From NCBI RefSeq assembly GCF_009914755.1, contig NC_060925.1: 64,000 nt of DNA. One strand, given 5' to 3'. Of the stretch, positions 1-40,384 are shown in pieces (position 1 is the stretch's first letter; the number at the start of each line of letters is the position of its first letter). Under the pieces are notes generated by a model that ran no database searches, was not told the DNA's origin, and saw only the letters and a list, made by a program, of their open reading frames with translations. This DNA comes from the human T2T-CHM13v2.0 reference genome, Homo sapiens. Both the position numbers and the translations under genes were made by a program.

Positions 1-4
1 CTCA

Positions 5-178
<174 letters not shown>

Positions 179-299
179 TTAGGATGCAGGCTGGGCTCTG
201 GGGAGGGGCATGGAGGGAAGCCCTGAGTAGCTCTCAGGAGAATAAAGCTGGGCTGGAGGCTGTGAGGGGAGTTTGGAGGCCATGCAAGGCACCTAGAAG

Positions 300-838
300 A
301 GCGAGTAGGCAATTCTGGGTTTGCTCACCCTGCAGCTCTTTCCGTTACAGAAGCCAGCATTGTTTTTGGGAAGCTTCTCTTCTCCATTCAGCCCATGGGG
401 CTCAGTGGAGCCACCTATCACCTCTGTCTCCATTGTATCAAGAGATCCAGACCACTCCCCACTGCCATGGTGATTGGTTCAAGGATGAGCATCTGACCAC
501 AATCTGGGCCAATGACAGTGATGCTAGAGACTTGTTTCAACTATTGCAAAGAGGCTCACTTCCTGTTGGAATGCTAAACCAGAGGGTGTAAGATGGGAAG
601 ATGTAATCCTGGAGTGGCCAGGGCAATCCCTGCCATCTTGCAGGGAGAGCTTGCCTGAGAATGAATCCAACACGGAGGAACATAGAGCCAAGAGATACTC
701 ATTTAGCACATTGATCTAGCCATACCTGAAGTCTATGAAGGCATGTGTCAGTTACCCAAACTGATATATTCTCTTTTCTGCTTAATCCAGTTTGAATTGG
801 GTTTTGTGTCCATTTTTAACAGAGTCTTAATTAAAGCA
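300..838 (+). mobile_element. Old ERVL-class LTR (LTR16-like)
   Basis: Motifs ccatggtgattggttcaaggatgagcat...gggccaatga and 3' end cttaatccagtttgaattgggtttt resemble the LTR16 consensus. Confidence 0.6.
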
Positions 839-1015
839 GCTGGGGAGGAAGCCTGGGCAGGGGAAGGGAAAGGTGCCAGCTAGGAGTGAATGGATCAGAA
901 CATGGGGTGCAGGTCCCTACCTTGCTGACTCCTGGTATGATGGGCTCAACACCAGCCCTCTTTATGGTGATCCTCAGGCCAGGACTTGGCTGCGTCCCTG
1001 GAGCCTTGGTTCTAC

Positions 1016-1049
1016 CCTCCGTGTACATCTGGGTGTTTCTATTGTCCAT
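1016..1049 (-). CDS. SPATA21: SPATA21 first coding exon (exon 1016-1100; CDS part MDNRNTQMYTE + 1 nt); rest of gene lies left of the window
   Basis: Minus strand ATG at 1049 in strong context (atcATGg) encodes MDNRNTQMYTE, matching the SPATA21 N-terminus as I recall it; donor GAGG|GTAGAA at 1016/1015; acceptor ttctcctgtag| at 1101/1100; divergent to NECAP2 as expected. Confidence 0.85.
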
Positions 1050-1652
1050 GATGCCAGCGCCAACACGGGTGCCAAGTGAGGGGCATCACCTAGTGTGCTC
1101 CTACAGGAGAAATCCAATCAAGCGTCCCACCAAGCCCATCACCTAACTGCTGCTTCAGGAGCCCACTTGGAGCCTATAATGTAGACAGCCTGGCTCGAGG
1201 GAAGAGGCGGGGCCAGGCCTTGCAAGGAGAGGCACGCAGCAAAACCAGAGAGCTAGCCACATGCCATTTACCCATACGCTTTTCCTAGTTCTCACTATGA
1301 CCCTGAGGAAAAGGGGCTCTGGAAGGCACAAGACTTGCCCAAGATCTAACACCTGCTAGGTCGCAGACGAGGATTTGAACCATGGCCTGTTGAATCCCAA
1401 AACCCAGGCGCTTTCCCCGACGGCGACATTTCCTACAGGGTATTCTTTGGCATACTGGTCCCTTCAGATGCTCCAAGGGGTTCCAAGGCTAAATGCCTTT
1501 GGAAAGTGCTGTGATGAGCGAAATGATACAGGCTCTTTCCTGTACAACTTCTCAGAGCCTTTAAAATACTAATGTGCCTTTTAAAGAGAGTCCAAGAATG
1601 TCACAGCTGCTCCTGCTATAGATGAAAACTCCATGTTCTTAGATGGGGCTAA

Positions 1653-2018
<366 letters not shown>

Positions 2019-2467
2019 TGAACTCCTGACCTCAAGTGATCCGCCCGCCTCGGCCTCCCAAAGTGTTGGGATTACAGGTGTGAGCCACTGCACCTGGCCA
2101 TTTCTGAAGCCTTTCATCTCTCCTCCACCTCTTTCATCCAACCTCATGTTCAGCTGTGCCACCACCCCCTACACAAACTTTCTGTTTTAATCCAGGCAGG
2201 CTCCTGCAATCCTAGTCCCACAGACCCCAGCCTCTGTGCCCACCTCCCATTTTTTCTATCTTTCCGATAGCCCCCAACCCATCCTTCAAGCTCCTCCCTC
2301 TTCTCCAAGTTTCCAACCATCTCAGCTCTCTCTCCAGCCACTGAATTCCTTTGAGGCAACATCAGCACCATTTCTATGGGTACATGGACCCCCTTTCACT
2401 GTTAACTAGTTTCCAGGAGTAAATCCTAACCCCCATGCCCCTTCCTCCTGTAGTGAGACCATATGAC

Positions 2468-2602
2468 CTTGAAGATCTTGATGGTGCTTCTTCCACTTTA
2501 AATCATGGCAGGCCCGCCAGCATCCACGGAGGAACCTTCCATGTGCTGGAAACCTTTGTAAACAGTATTCTCCTAACAGCCCTGTGAAGTCTGGGTTCAG
2601 CC
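2468..2602 (-). other. SPATA21: Probable SPATA21 5'UTR exon (135 nt), acceptor inside a MIR
   Basis: Minus strand acceptor tccctatctttaaaacag| at 2603/2602 and donor AAG|GTCATA at 2468/2467; no transcript data available here. Confidence 0.55.
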
Positions 2603-2710
2603 CTGTTTTAAAGATAGGGAAATTAAGGCTCTGAGCAATGTTTTGTCCGATACCACATGGCCAGTCTGCAGAGGAACTGGATTCAAACCCAGGCCTGTCT
2701 GACTCCCATG
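2535..2710 (-). mobile_element. MIR SINE
   Basis: Reverse of MIR core and head (ggattcaaacccaggcctgtctgactcc). Confidence 0.7.
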
Positions 2711-3507
2711 GCCACTCATCTCATCATATCATTTTGCCTACAAAGAAGCTTAAGTCATTCATTCATTTCCTTGTGCAATCGATAACTGTTTAATGACACG
2801 TGCCCGTGCTAGGGACAACGTCAGGCCTTAGGGGATACACTGGGTGTCCTGACGGTTCCCACAGTTTACCAGGGACACAGAGGAGGCGCACTTAATAGCT
2901 GCTGACCCAAGTTCGCACTTCCTTTTCCTGCCCTCCAGGCCCTTCCTGCAGTTACAGCTGCACCCCTGCCATGCAAAGCAGACCTCAGCTGGTTTGGTGG
3001 GGTGACCTCCCACCCCTGGTGCAGCTCTGGCCTCACGAAGGACCAGGCTGTCACCTGGAGCGGAAAAGTCAGGGCTGTGGCCAAGTCCTTCTCTCTTGCC
3101 TTGGAGTTCCTTGCCCCTCCCCAGCCTCTTTCTCATTAGGGTTCCCCTAGCCATTCCCGCTTCCTCTGAGTCTTCCTGTCTCAGGGGTGGATGAACCACC
3201 TAGGGAAAATCTCCCCCTATGCCCCTCAAACACACCCCCTATTGTCCACTGTCTCTGCCTGAGAATGTGCAGGCTCAGCCTTGGAATTGTCAGGCCCCAG
3301 TATTCCACAAACTGAAGTTTTACGGAGGCAGAAGCCCCAGAGGGGCTCCAGCCCCTATCTGTCCACATCTGGAGCTTGCTAACTCTGAGAATCTAGACAA
3401 GGAGGGGAAGCCCCAGCCCTAGCAGAGGGGCTTGGAATCCAAGGGTAGAACTGGGAGAGAAGTTGACAAATATCGACTATGTCACCCTTTCAGATCACTT
3501 GGGACCC

Positions 3508-6630
<3,123 letters not shown>

Positions 6631-6799
6631 TTGAGTGCCCCTTTTATAAGTGGTTTCCTCATCTGAAAAATGGGAGAATTTCTCTTGGAAATATCTATGA
6701 TGGCAGGAAAATACAGCAGATAAAGATAAGTGGCATATCATATATATGTCTGGAGGCCGTCAGGGAAAGCTTGTTCACCTTACACCCCACCTTGGCCCT

Positions 6800-7110
6800 G
6801 CACCTACCAGAAATCAGCTGGATGAGTCACAGTGAGATTTTCCACCCCTGCTCACCGCCTTGCACATAGGATGGGCTCTGTCTGAGCCTATACTTTGCCT
6901 GTTGGCTTGAATTGGATTTGTTTGGTATACAGGGCAGTTAAACTGGGAATAGATGGCAGGTCCAATTATTCTCAGCAGCAGAGGTTTAGGAATGCATTTC
7001 AGGAATATCCAGCCATGTGGTTAGGGTTTGAGAATAAGGCAAGGGGCTGTGTGACCTCCAACTATGGACAGTGTCATTTCCCCCAGCTTGTCACTGGTTC
7101 AGTGGCCCCC
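6800..7110 (-). promoter_or_regulatory. SPATA21: Probable SPATA21 first exon / CpG-poor promoter region
   Basis: Island of non-repeat sequence between Alu/L1 blocks; candidate minus donor CTG|GTAGGT at 6808/6807; AP-1 motif TGAGTCA 6823-6829. Boundaries are uncertain. Confidence 0.3.
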
Positions 7111-7448
7111 ATTACACAATGAAGATAACAATCGTTGCCTTGCCAACCTCACAGTGATTATTGGGCCAGGGTACTCTCTCCCAGAAAGCCTTCCCTGACT
7201 CTCCCCAGACTGTGTGGGGTTTCTTCTCTTTGCTCCCACAGGCCCCTGTGAATTTGCTTCATTACAGTACCTTTCATTCTGCTTTGCCAATGACTGCTTT
7301 TCTCTCTGTCTCCTCCAGTCTGCGAGCTCCAGGATGGTAGGAGCTGGATTGGCCACATCCCAGTGACCCCAGTACTCAGCACCTGGCATAGGGTATGTGC
7401 TCGATGCCTGTCTTTGTTAGACTGAACAGAACTGAAAGTGCTCTGAAT

Positions 7449-9885
<2,437 letters not shown>

Positions 9886-10442
9886 TGAGGTTTGGCCACA
9901 CGGGGCCCTGAGCATATAAGTGGGTTCCCCTAGGGGAAGCATGGAGGGTGGTAGGGTAATGGCATCTATTTAGTCTGGTGGGTCAGGTGCCAGCTGAGCC
10001 TTACAGTCAGGAGAGGGAAGGATATTCAGGCAGAGGAGGCGCCGAGGCAAAGGCTGGAGGACAGAGATACTGCAGGGTGGGCTACAGCTTTGCCTCTCGG
10101 TCAACTGGGCCCCAGGCCTAAGAAACTGAAGCGATGGGGATGATCCACACCCAGACCACGGGTTACAGAGGGGTCTGTCCATGGCGGGCGCAGGGCGCTT
10201 TCTTTGCGTCGGAGGGTGTCTGGAGGGAAGGAGAAGCCTCTGGAGGGAGGGAGAAGCCTCCGGAGGTCGCCCGCCACGTGTCTTGAGCCGGGTTTCCAGC
10301 AGAGGGCGCACAAACGAGGCGGTGCTGAGGCCCGCGAGCTGCCGCTCTAGCCGAAACCTGGTCAGAGAGTCGCACCGCTTCCGTCCGTCGGACAGAGGAA
10401 CGGTGGAAGTCGCCGGAAGTTCGGTGGGCTCCAGGCGTCGCG

Positions 10443-28576
<18,134 letters not shown>

Positions 28577-29770
28577 CCTGAGCACGGTTTTTCCTCATGT
28601 GACTTCTGGGAAGGCGCTCCCTCATCTGGGCCAAAGGAAGGAGGACGAAGCCCTCCTCAGCTGGCCTGTGTTTGGGGCATGAATCTCTCCTCTCCTCCTT
28701 GTCTGGCTCTGTTGACAAACCGGGCATGTTTGGCAGTAAATTGGCACCGTGTCACACTGTTTCCTGGGATTCAAGTATGCAACCAGAACACAGGAGAAGA
28801 AAAGCTCCAGGATCCCTGTCCCCATCTGTCCTCTTGATGTGAGAGAGACTCTGAGACTTCTTCCATCGCAATGACCTGTATTAAACACAAGCCCCCCAAG
28901 CAAAAGAAGAGGTTGAGTTTGCTGCCAGGATTCAGATCAGCCCTTCCCAGGGTCTGCAGGTGTCACATGATCACAGTTCAGCGGGAGGCTTTCCGTACCC
29001 ACACTGGCTGTAGCCACTTCAGTCCATCTGCCCTCCAGAGGAGGGGTTTCTTCCTGATTTTTAGCAGGTTTAGAGGCTGCAGCTTGAGCTACAATCAGGA
29101 GGGAAATTGGAAGGATTAGCAGCTTTTAAAAATGTTTAAATATTTTGCTTTGCTAATGTGCTGATCCGCACTAACTCATCTTTGCAAAAGGAACTGCTCC
29201 CTCGGCGTGCCCCAGCTGGGGCCTCTGAAGGGATTCCTCACTGTGGGCAGCTGCCCTGAGCTTCAGGCAGCAGTGTTCATCTCTGGCCAGTTGTCTGGTT
29301 TCCATGTATTCTAGGCCAGGTAGGCAACACAGAGCCAAGGCGGGTGCTGGAAGCCAGACGGAACAGTGTTGGGGCAGGAAGGTGGATGCTGTTGTCATGG
29401 AGCTGTGGGAGTTGGCACTCTGTCTGCTGGTGGCCCTCTCGGCTCACATGTTCACAGTGCAGCTCCTGGCAGACTTGGGTTTTCTCTTTGGTGGTTTCTA
29501 AAGTGCCTTATCTGCAAACAACTTCTTTTCTCCTTCAGGAACTGTGAATGGCTAGAAGAAGGAGCTCAGTAAACTAGAAGTCCAGGGTTGCTTGGTTTAC
29601 TGGTTTATAAGAAATCTGAAAGCACCTCTGACATTCCTTTTATTAACTCACCTCTCAGTTGAAAGATTTCTTCTTTGAAAGGTCAAGACCGTGAACTGAA
29701 AAAAGTGTTGGCCTTTTTGCGGGACCAGATTTTTAAGATAAAATAAATATTTTTACTTCTGTCATTGTAT
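28577..29770 (+). other. NECAP2: NECAP2 3'UTR (~1.2 kb, repeat-free)
   Basis: Unique sequence between the stop codon and the polyA signal; 3' end is approximate. Confidence 0.8.
29742..29747 (+). terminator. NECAP2: NECAP2 polyadenylation signal AATAAA
   Basis: AATAAA followed ~15-45 nt later by U/GU-rich tracts (gtcattgtatgtg...tgtgtttc). Confidence 0.8.
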
Positions 29771-30181
29771 GTGAAAGATGAATGTGTTTCTGGCCGCGTG
29801 GCTGTTAAACTCTTCAGGGTGCCACACCTAGACTCACGGCCACTTCTCTCACCACTGACCAAGTGTCCAGATTGAAAGTTCAGGGCTGGGGTGTGAGGCT
29901 GGCCAAAGTGAGGAAATGCAACCTTGTTGTCTAAGGCAATCGGTACCTTCTCTCCTGTGTTCTCTAGGATAGTACAGTCTTTTCATCATCCTTTGGTTGA
30001 TGTGAAAGTAGTTGCTTGAATCACTTTGTGTGGGGCTTAATTCTCTTGTGGCGTCTCATGATACAGGCCGTTCTAGAGAGCCTGGCCCCTTGCTTTCCGT
30101 CTTCCACCAAACCTACCGACAGAGCATCTCCCTAAGTAGTAAAGGGGTGCAGATACCCAGAGGTCAAAAGTAAAATTAAGA

Positions 30182-31386
<1,205 letters not shown>

Positions 31387-31907
31387 GTATGTACCATTGA
31401 AGATCAGCACTTGGATTGTGGAGACAGACCTGGCCTTAGGATCTAGGCTATCCCCTGGTTAGACGTGTGGCCACAGGCTGTTCCTTCACCTGAGCGTCAC
31501 TCGGATGAGGCACTAGCAGATGCACATTGCATTGTTTGACCTTAATGACCTTTCTCTGGAGTCAGGTAAGTACCCAGAACAGTTCATCATGGTAGGGAGG
31601 AGGAGGTGGCACAGCTGATGACACAGCCCTCAGGAATCTAGCCTGAAAAGCACCTTGTGGGGTCTGGGGCCAGGAGCAAGGGACAGCTTGATGCTGTCCA
31701 TCACCAACTGGAATCCCAGCTGGAAAAAACTCATTACAGGACCAGAATCTCCAGGAAAACTCAATCCCAAACCAGGCATCACTTCAATTACACCCCTGAC
31801 TGGAGTTTACAAACTGGTGGGTGGATGGTAGAAGATGGCTGCTTTCTTGGGGGGTATGCTAGACCTCACTTGCCCTCTGCACAACAGAATTTGGATGCAC
31901 TGGGAGG

Positions 31908-32438
31908 TGTGGCAGATAGACTCCCAGGTGGTCACTGTGATCCCCACCTGCTGTTCACAGCCTTATGTACTCCCTGCCCCTTGAGATGGCCTAGACCTGT
32001 GACTGCTAACCAGTAGAGTGCCACAAAGGTGACAAGATGTTATTTTCATGGTTGCCTTATGTAAGACTGCAACATCTGCCTTGCTGAGAAATTCTCTTGC
32101 TGGCTTTGAAGAAGGAAGCTGTCATGTTGTGTGAGCTGCCCTTGGGAGAGGGTCAGGTGGCTAGGAACTGAGGTAGCCTCTGACAGCCAACAAGAAACTG
32201 AAGCTCAGTCCAGCAGTCTGCAAGAAAGCAAATGCTGCCAGCAACCACACAAGCTTGGAGGCTGATCACTCCCAGGTAAGCCTTCAGGTGAGACCCCAGG
32301 CCTGACCAACACTGACTGCAGCCTTGCAGAGGACCAGCTAAGCTGTGCCCAGACTGTCCCATAGGAACAGATGGTAAATGTATTGTGTTAAGTCGCTAAG
32401 TTTCTGGTAAGGTTATGCAGCAATAGATAACCAACACA
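31908..32438 (+). mobile_element. MLT1E/F-type MaLR solo LTR
   Basis: tgtggcagatagactccc...ctggctttgaagaaggaagctgtcatg...ggttatgcagcaatagataaccaacaca. Confidence 0.8.
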
Positions 32439-32611
32439 AAGGTTAGCAAAGTGTGTTTGAGGTGGGAATCAGTGTGGAAAAGAGAGAATCTGGATAGACT
32501 TAATAGCTGTAGGGCCTTGGGAGGTCCCTTATGATGCTCCTTTGGGCCTTCCTGTTGCCTTTAAGTAATGCTTATTGTTTATTGCTAAAGTAATGCTTAA
32601 CTCTCTGCTAG

Positions 32612-32908
<297 letters not shown>

Positions 32909-32979
32909 TGATCAGCCTGCCTTGGCCTCCTAAAATGCTGGGATTACAAGTGTGAGCCACCGCACCTGGCCAGTAAGTA

Positions 32980-33161
32980 CTTGTTTTAGTCTATTTGGGA
33001 CTATGACAGAATAACATAGCCTGGGTAGTTTATAAACAAAAGAAATTTTTTGCTCACAGTTCTGGAGGCTGGGAAGTCCAAGGCACCAGCAGATTCGGTG
33101 TCTGGTGAGGCCGTCTTTTTGCTGTAACCTCACATGGTAGAAGGGGCAATAGAGTACTCTG

Positions 33162-33197
<36 letters not shown>

Positions 33198-33755
33198 GAT
33201 GGAGTCTTGCTATATTGACCAGGCTGATCTCAAACTCCTGGCCTCAAGTGATCCTCCTGCTTTGGCCGCCCAAAATGCTGGGCTTAAAGGCATGAGCCAC
33301 CACATGGGAATGGCACTGCCTTTTTTTTTTTTAAAGATAGTTTTGCTCTTATTGCCCAGGCTGGAGTGTGATCTTGGCTCACTATAACCTCTGCCTGTTG
33401 GGTTCAAGCAATTCTCCTGCCTTAGCCTCCCAAGTAGCTGGGACTACAGGCACATGCCACCACGCCCAGCTAATTTTTGTATTTTTAGTCAAGATGGTGT
33501 TTTGCCTTATTGGCCAGGCTGGTCTCGAACTCCTGACCTCATGATCCACCTGCCTCAGCCTCCCAAAGTGCTGGGATTATAGGCGTGAGCCACCACACCT
33601 GGCTGGGGCTTCCTTATAAGGGCAATACTGTTTGTGAGGGCTCTACGCTTATGACATAATTACCTTCCAAAGAACTCACCTCCAAATACCATCATACTAG
33701 GGGTTAGGTTTCAGTATGAATTTGGAGGTGGGGGTGGACACAAATGTTTATAGCA
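32980..33755 (-). mobile_element. MLT1A-type LTR split by two antisense Alus (33166-33604)
   Basis: gctcacagttctggaggctgggaagtccaagg...cacctccaaataccatcatactaggggttaggtttcagtatgaatttgg. Confidence 0.8.
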
Positions 33756-34114
33756 GTACTCATCCCTGTTTCGAAAATGAGAAATGCAGAGAAATTATAT
33801 AATTTGTTCAAAGTCACATGGTTGGTAAGTGGCAGAGCTGGGATTTGAACCCAGGCAGTCTGGCTCCAGCATCCATGCTTTTAGTCAGGGTGGCTACTTC
33901 TTTGGAGCAGTGCTCCCTGCAAAGCCTGGCACATAAGACCCCCTTAATATATGAAAAGTCCCATTCCCTCCACATGGCTTACGAAAGCCGTGGCAAGTAG
34001 GAATGACAGGCGAAGGGTGGGGCTTTATTCCATTGGTGATTGAAAGCTACTGAAATGCATCATGGGCACACAGTAGGTGCTTAATAGTTGTTGATTTCTA
34101 TGAGCTGGGAGTGA

Positions 34115-35725
<1,611 letters not shown>

Positions 35726-35929
35726 TGTCTACCTGCTACAAGGCCCATCAGTAAGGGATGGATTATATAAATTTAGGCATATCTGGTGGAATACTAGATC
35801 TCTGGGGAAAACAATGAAAAAGAAGCTCTTTATATATTGATAAGGGATAAGGGATGGTCCCCAAACTATCAAGGACAGGTAGCAAGGTACAGAACAAAGT
35901 GTATATATAATATGTTCTCTTTGGCATTA

Positions 35930-36872
<943 letters not shown>

Positions 36873-38581
36873 AACTGATTGCTCTATCAAATGTGAACAG
36901 TGTGGAATCAGTCATCCTCATGGTGAGCCTCACCATTGTTTGTGAAAACAGCATTTCTTCCTCAGTTTGTGCGTGATTTATTTAACCCTTTTCAAGATGT
37001 TTTTGAAATAAGGTGGGTTTCATGGTTTTAGGATTATAACTGATGCTGCAATCTCTACCATAGTTGTACACATATCTTTGGTCACTCCTGCAGATATTTC
37101 TGTAGTGTAGAGAATGGGATGTGCCATTTTAAATTACAGCGTTTATTTAATGCTTCTAATTTGAGTATATTCTGCAAATTTATCTTCCATGGGAACGGTA
37201 ACAGATCATATTCCAATTTGTTTCCTAATTCTATCAATGTCCCTTTTGTCATTTACTTGCCAGCACAACAAACTTTCTACACATTGATGTATGATATTCC
37301 ACTGAGGGGAGAGGCACCCTCCTGGCTTAACTGAAGGGGTGTACCACAGAAGGACATGGTGGACATCACACACAGATTCTGTGGCATAGGATGAACTGCT
37401 AAACTAGGATATTTTAAAGTCCTCCAACATCTGTAATTGTTTTCCGTGGTGAACAAGTGTCGTGTGTCTCAAGAAGACAGGCCACAGTGACCTCTTTGAA
37501 AGCTTTCTGTCAAGTCTCTTATCCAAGGGGAGCAAAATCACAAAGGTCCCAGGCGATTTTTTTTCCTCTTTCCTCTTTTCTTCATAAATCTTGGTTTTGC
37601 TTTTATTTGACGAAAACAATCTGATGCCTGTTCTCCCTTCTATACAATGGTAAATTAGCATGCAAGTAGCTATCCCTTTATTATTGTTTGATAGATTTTT
37701 GCAGCGGCTATGTCCGTAAAAATTAGCCCACCTGAGATATATCACTGGAGCCAACAGAACCCTGCACCCAACAGGCACCTTGTGCAGACCTGGACCCTTA
37801 CAGCTGTTGGCTCATGTTCCTTTGGTTCTTCTAATGAATATCATGAGTAGAAACTGAGCTCTTTGGCTTTTACCCACTACCATGACTCTAGTACATTTTC
37901 TCTCTCTCGTTTCTCTCATTTTTGTATCATGATTTTCTGCCATCAGGGGCATCAGTGTGGGTTCCTGGTTTTGATGGTATGGAGTGAACTTCTGGGATCG
38001 TTTTATGACTGTATAACAGTTGGTATTCTTCTGTTGATGAAGATTTGTGTTGTACCCAGTTTTTCCTTAGTATAAAAAGGAGGTTAATAAGAACATTTTT
38101 GCTAGAAGTCTTGTTGGATGTATTGTTCATTTTACGGGGGTAATCAATAAATGTAAGCGTGCTTCTTTATCAGGTAGGCTTAACTCGATGAGAAACTGCC
38201 AATTACTAGAACAGCTGTTGGGCTAAGTTGCAGTCTAACATCACACAGCAATATCATACACACTCTGTATGAAGAAGCAGGAGAGGCAACAACTTTCATA
38301 ATCAGTTTTTCTGTTTCCCTTCATTTTCTTGTGAACCCTTAATGGCATCTTTGAAGGTGACTGTGGTCACACCAAGTGTCACCACCAGCCTATTTGAGTC
38401 TTGCTGCAGAGCCATGGAGTTATATACCAGGACAGCCCTGCCAAGTCTCAGGCTCATAAACACCAGGCAGGAATAGATGCCTATGAAATGAGAAGGGTCA
38501 GGTGACCCCTCCCTCTCCTGCCATGTCTGTGCCTCTCTTTGCAGCTGCCGTGTCTCTAAAAACAATCATTCACACTTATTT

Positions 38582-39213
38582 TGTCAAAGATATATCAGAC
38601 ATTAGTCAAATCGATGAAAACCAATTTTATTCAGTAACTACTGACCGTAGAGGAAGGGGCTGGTTCTGTTCGCATTTGTGCAGAGGTGATGGCATTCTAA
38701 TGGGAGAGAGAGGCAGGGGAGAGGGCAGGGGGCAGGGCACAAGTGAAACATTACAAAAGATTGGTCATTTTAAATGTCTGCCTCATCAGGACAGCTGTGT
38801 CTGCCAGCTGGCAATATTAGAAGTTAGGATTCTAACCTCCCACAGAGACTGGAAGACAGAGGCTCAGTCCTTCCTGAGGACTACACCTCAAAAGTATTGC
38901 CTTTCAGATCCTGGGCAAAGATACATTGAAGTCCCTAGGAGATACACACATATATCAAAGGGATGGAGGAAGGATTCCCTTCTTAGTAAGTGCTATAAGA
39001 AAGAAAGATCCTGAAACTGCCATCATCAAGTATTGGCTAGACTAAAGTAAGTTCCCCTGGCAGCCTTGAGCTTTCTTAGGTAGGCATTGTCATGGGAGCC
39101 TAGGGTCATTCGTGAGACATGGTCTCATGCTACTAGAAGCCATGATAGACTCTGATCATCTCTTAGCACAGAGGTTTAAACTCAGTCGTTTTGTGCTGAG
39201 TTTGGTGGTTCTC
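38582..39213 (-). mobile_element. Probable ERV1-class solo LTR (MER31/MER67-like, family uncertain)
   Basis: tgtcaaag...ttttattcagtaactact (reverse polyA signal) ... ggttctca termini, ~630 bp. Confidence 0.5.
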
Positions 39214-39723
39214 ACTTTCTCTCTCCCCATTCCATTGTCAGGATTTTACTGGACTCTGTTAGATGGACAAGGCCATGGGCCATTTTCAATGGTTTTTAAG
39301 CAGCTGAGGCATATCTATTGAGAACTAAATTAAAATAAAACCATGAGATTGAGAGTGGGCCCCACAATAGGTATCCATTACCCATATTCAAGGAGATGGA
39401 GAAAAATATTTCTAGACTTTGTCAAAATGGAAAGTGACTTATGCAGCCAGGATGAAATTCAAACTTACATTACTGAAGTATAGAGCTTATTGATATTTTT
39501 TAAAAGAAAGTCATGGCAAAATGACAATCCACAAGTGGCAATGGTAGATAGGGGTAGGGAGAAACTCTGTAAGGTCAAAATTATCCTCACTTTAAATGAA
39601 ACTCCTACATGTTGCTACTATAAGGGAACGGAAGCCAATGTTACGCTCGACTATACTAATTGTCATGGGATAAACAGGCAGGACATGATGCCACATTTAT
39701 TAGTCACTTCTATTGATAGTATT

Positions 39724-40107
39724 TGTGAAAATTAATTTTTGTGTCAATTTGCCTGGGTCGGGGGTGCCCAGACATTTGGTTAGACATTATTTCTCACTGT
39801 GTCTTTGAGGGTGTTTCTGGAAGAGATTGACATTTGAATCAGTAAACTGAGTGAAGCAGATTGCCCTCCCGAGTGTGGGTGGGCCTCATCCAACCCATGG
39901 ACGGCTTGAATAAGCTGATGGGTTAAGAAAGGTTTCTGCTCCACTGTCTTTGAGCTGGGACATCAGTCTTCTGCCTTAAGCCTTGGACTTGGTCTTGAAC
40001 TATATTCGACTCTCCTAGGTATAGAGCTTACTCAGAGTAGAACTTGGGCTTCTCTGCGTGCGTGCATGCGTGTGTGTGTGTGTGTGTGTGTGTGTATCTT
40101 GTCCTCT
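39724..40107 (+). mobile_element. MLT2B-type ERVL LTR
   Basis: aattaatttttgtgtcaatttgcctgg...gtgcccagacatttggttagacattatt...aagcagattgccctccc. Confidence 0.8.
40056..40095. repeat. (GT)n / alternating purine-pyrimidine microsatellite
   Basis: gcgtgcgtgcatgcg followed by a pure (tg)n run. Confidence 0.9.
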
Positions 40108-40384
40108 GGATAACTCAGACTAATATAGTATTATATGCCAGTTGCCGGGTTTTGTCTCTATGCTTTTGAAAGGTGTAAAATAAATAAATAAAATCCTGGA
40201 GGGTTCTCAAAGAAGAACAGTAAGGATTAGTAGAAGTTTTAAACTTCTAGGAAAACCCCTAAGCACAGCTTTTGTTAAAACTATCTTCAAGAAAATAAAG
40301 GGTGTTGGAAAATTATTGTTGCCTTAATGTTTTCTAAGCAAAGGCATGATCACTCAAGGAGAAATACACTTAGCTTTCTTAAAG

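Noticed and set aside
36919-36935. Palindrome atggtgag-c-ctcaccat
   Set aside because: An 8-bp inverted repeat is expected by chance in 64 kb.
38502-39014. 170-aa ORF
   Set aside because: Lies mostly in a probable LTR, starts at a non-ATG codon and has no recognisable domain.
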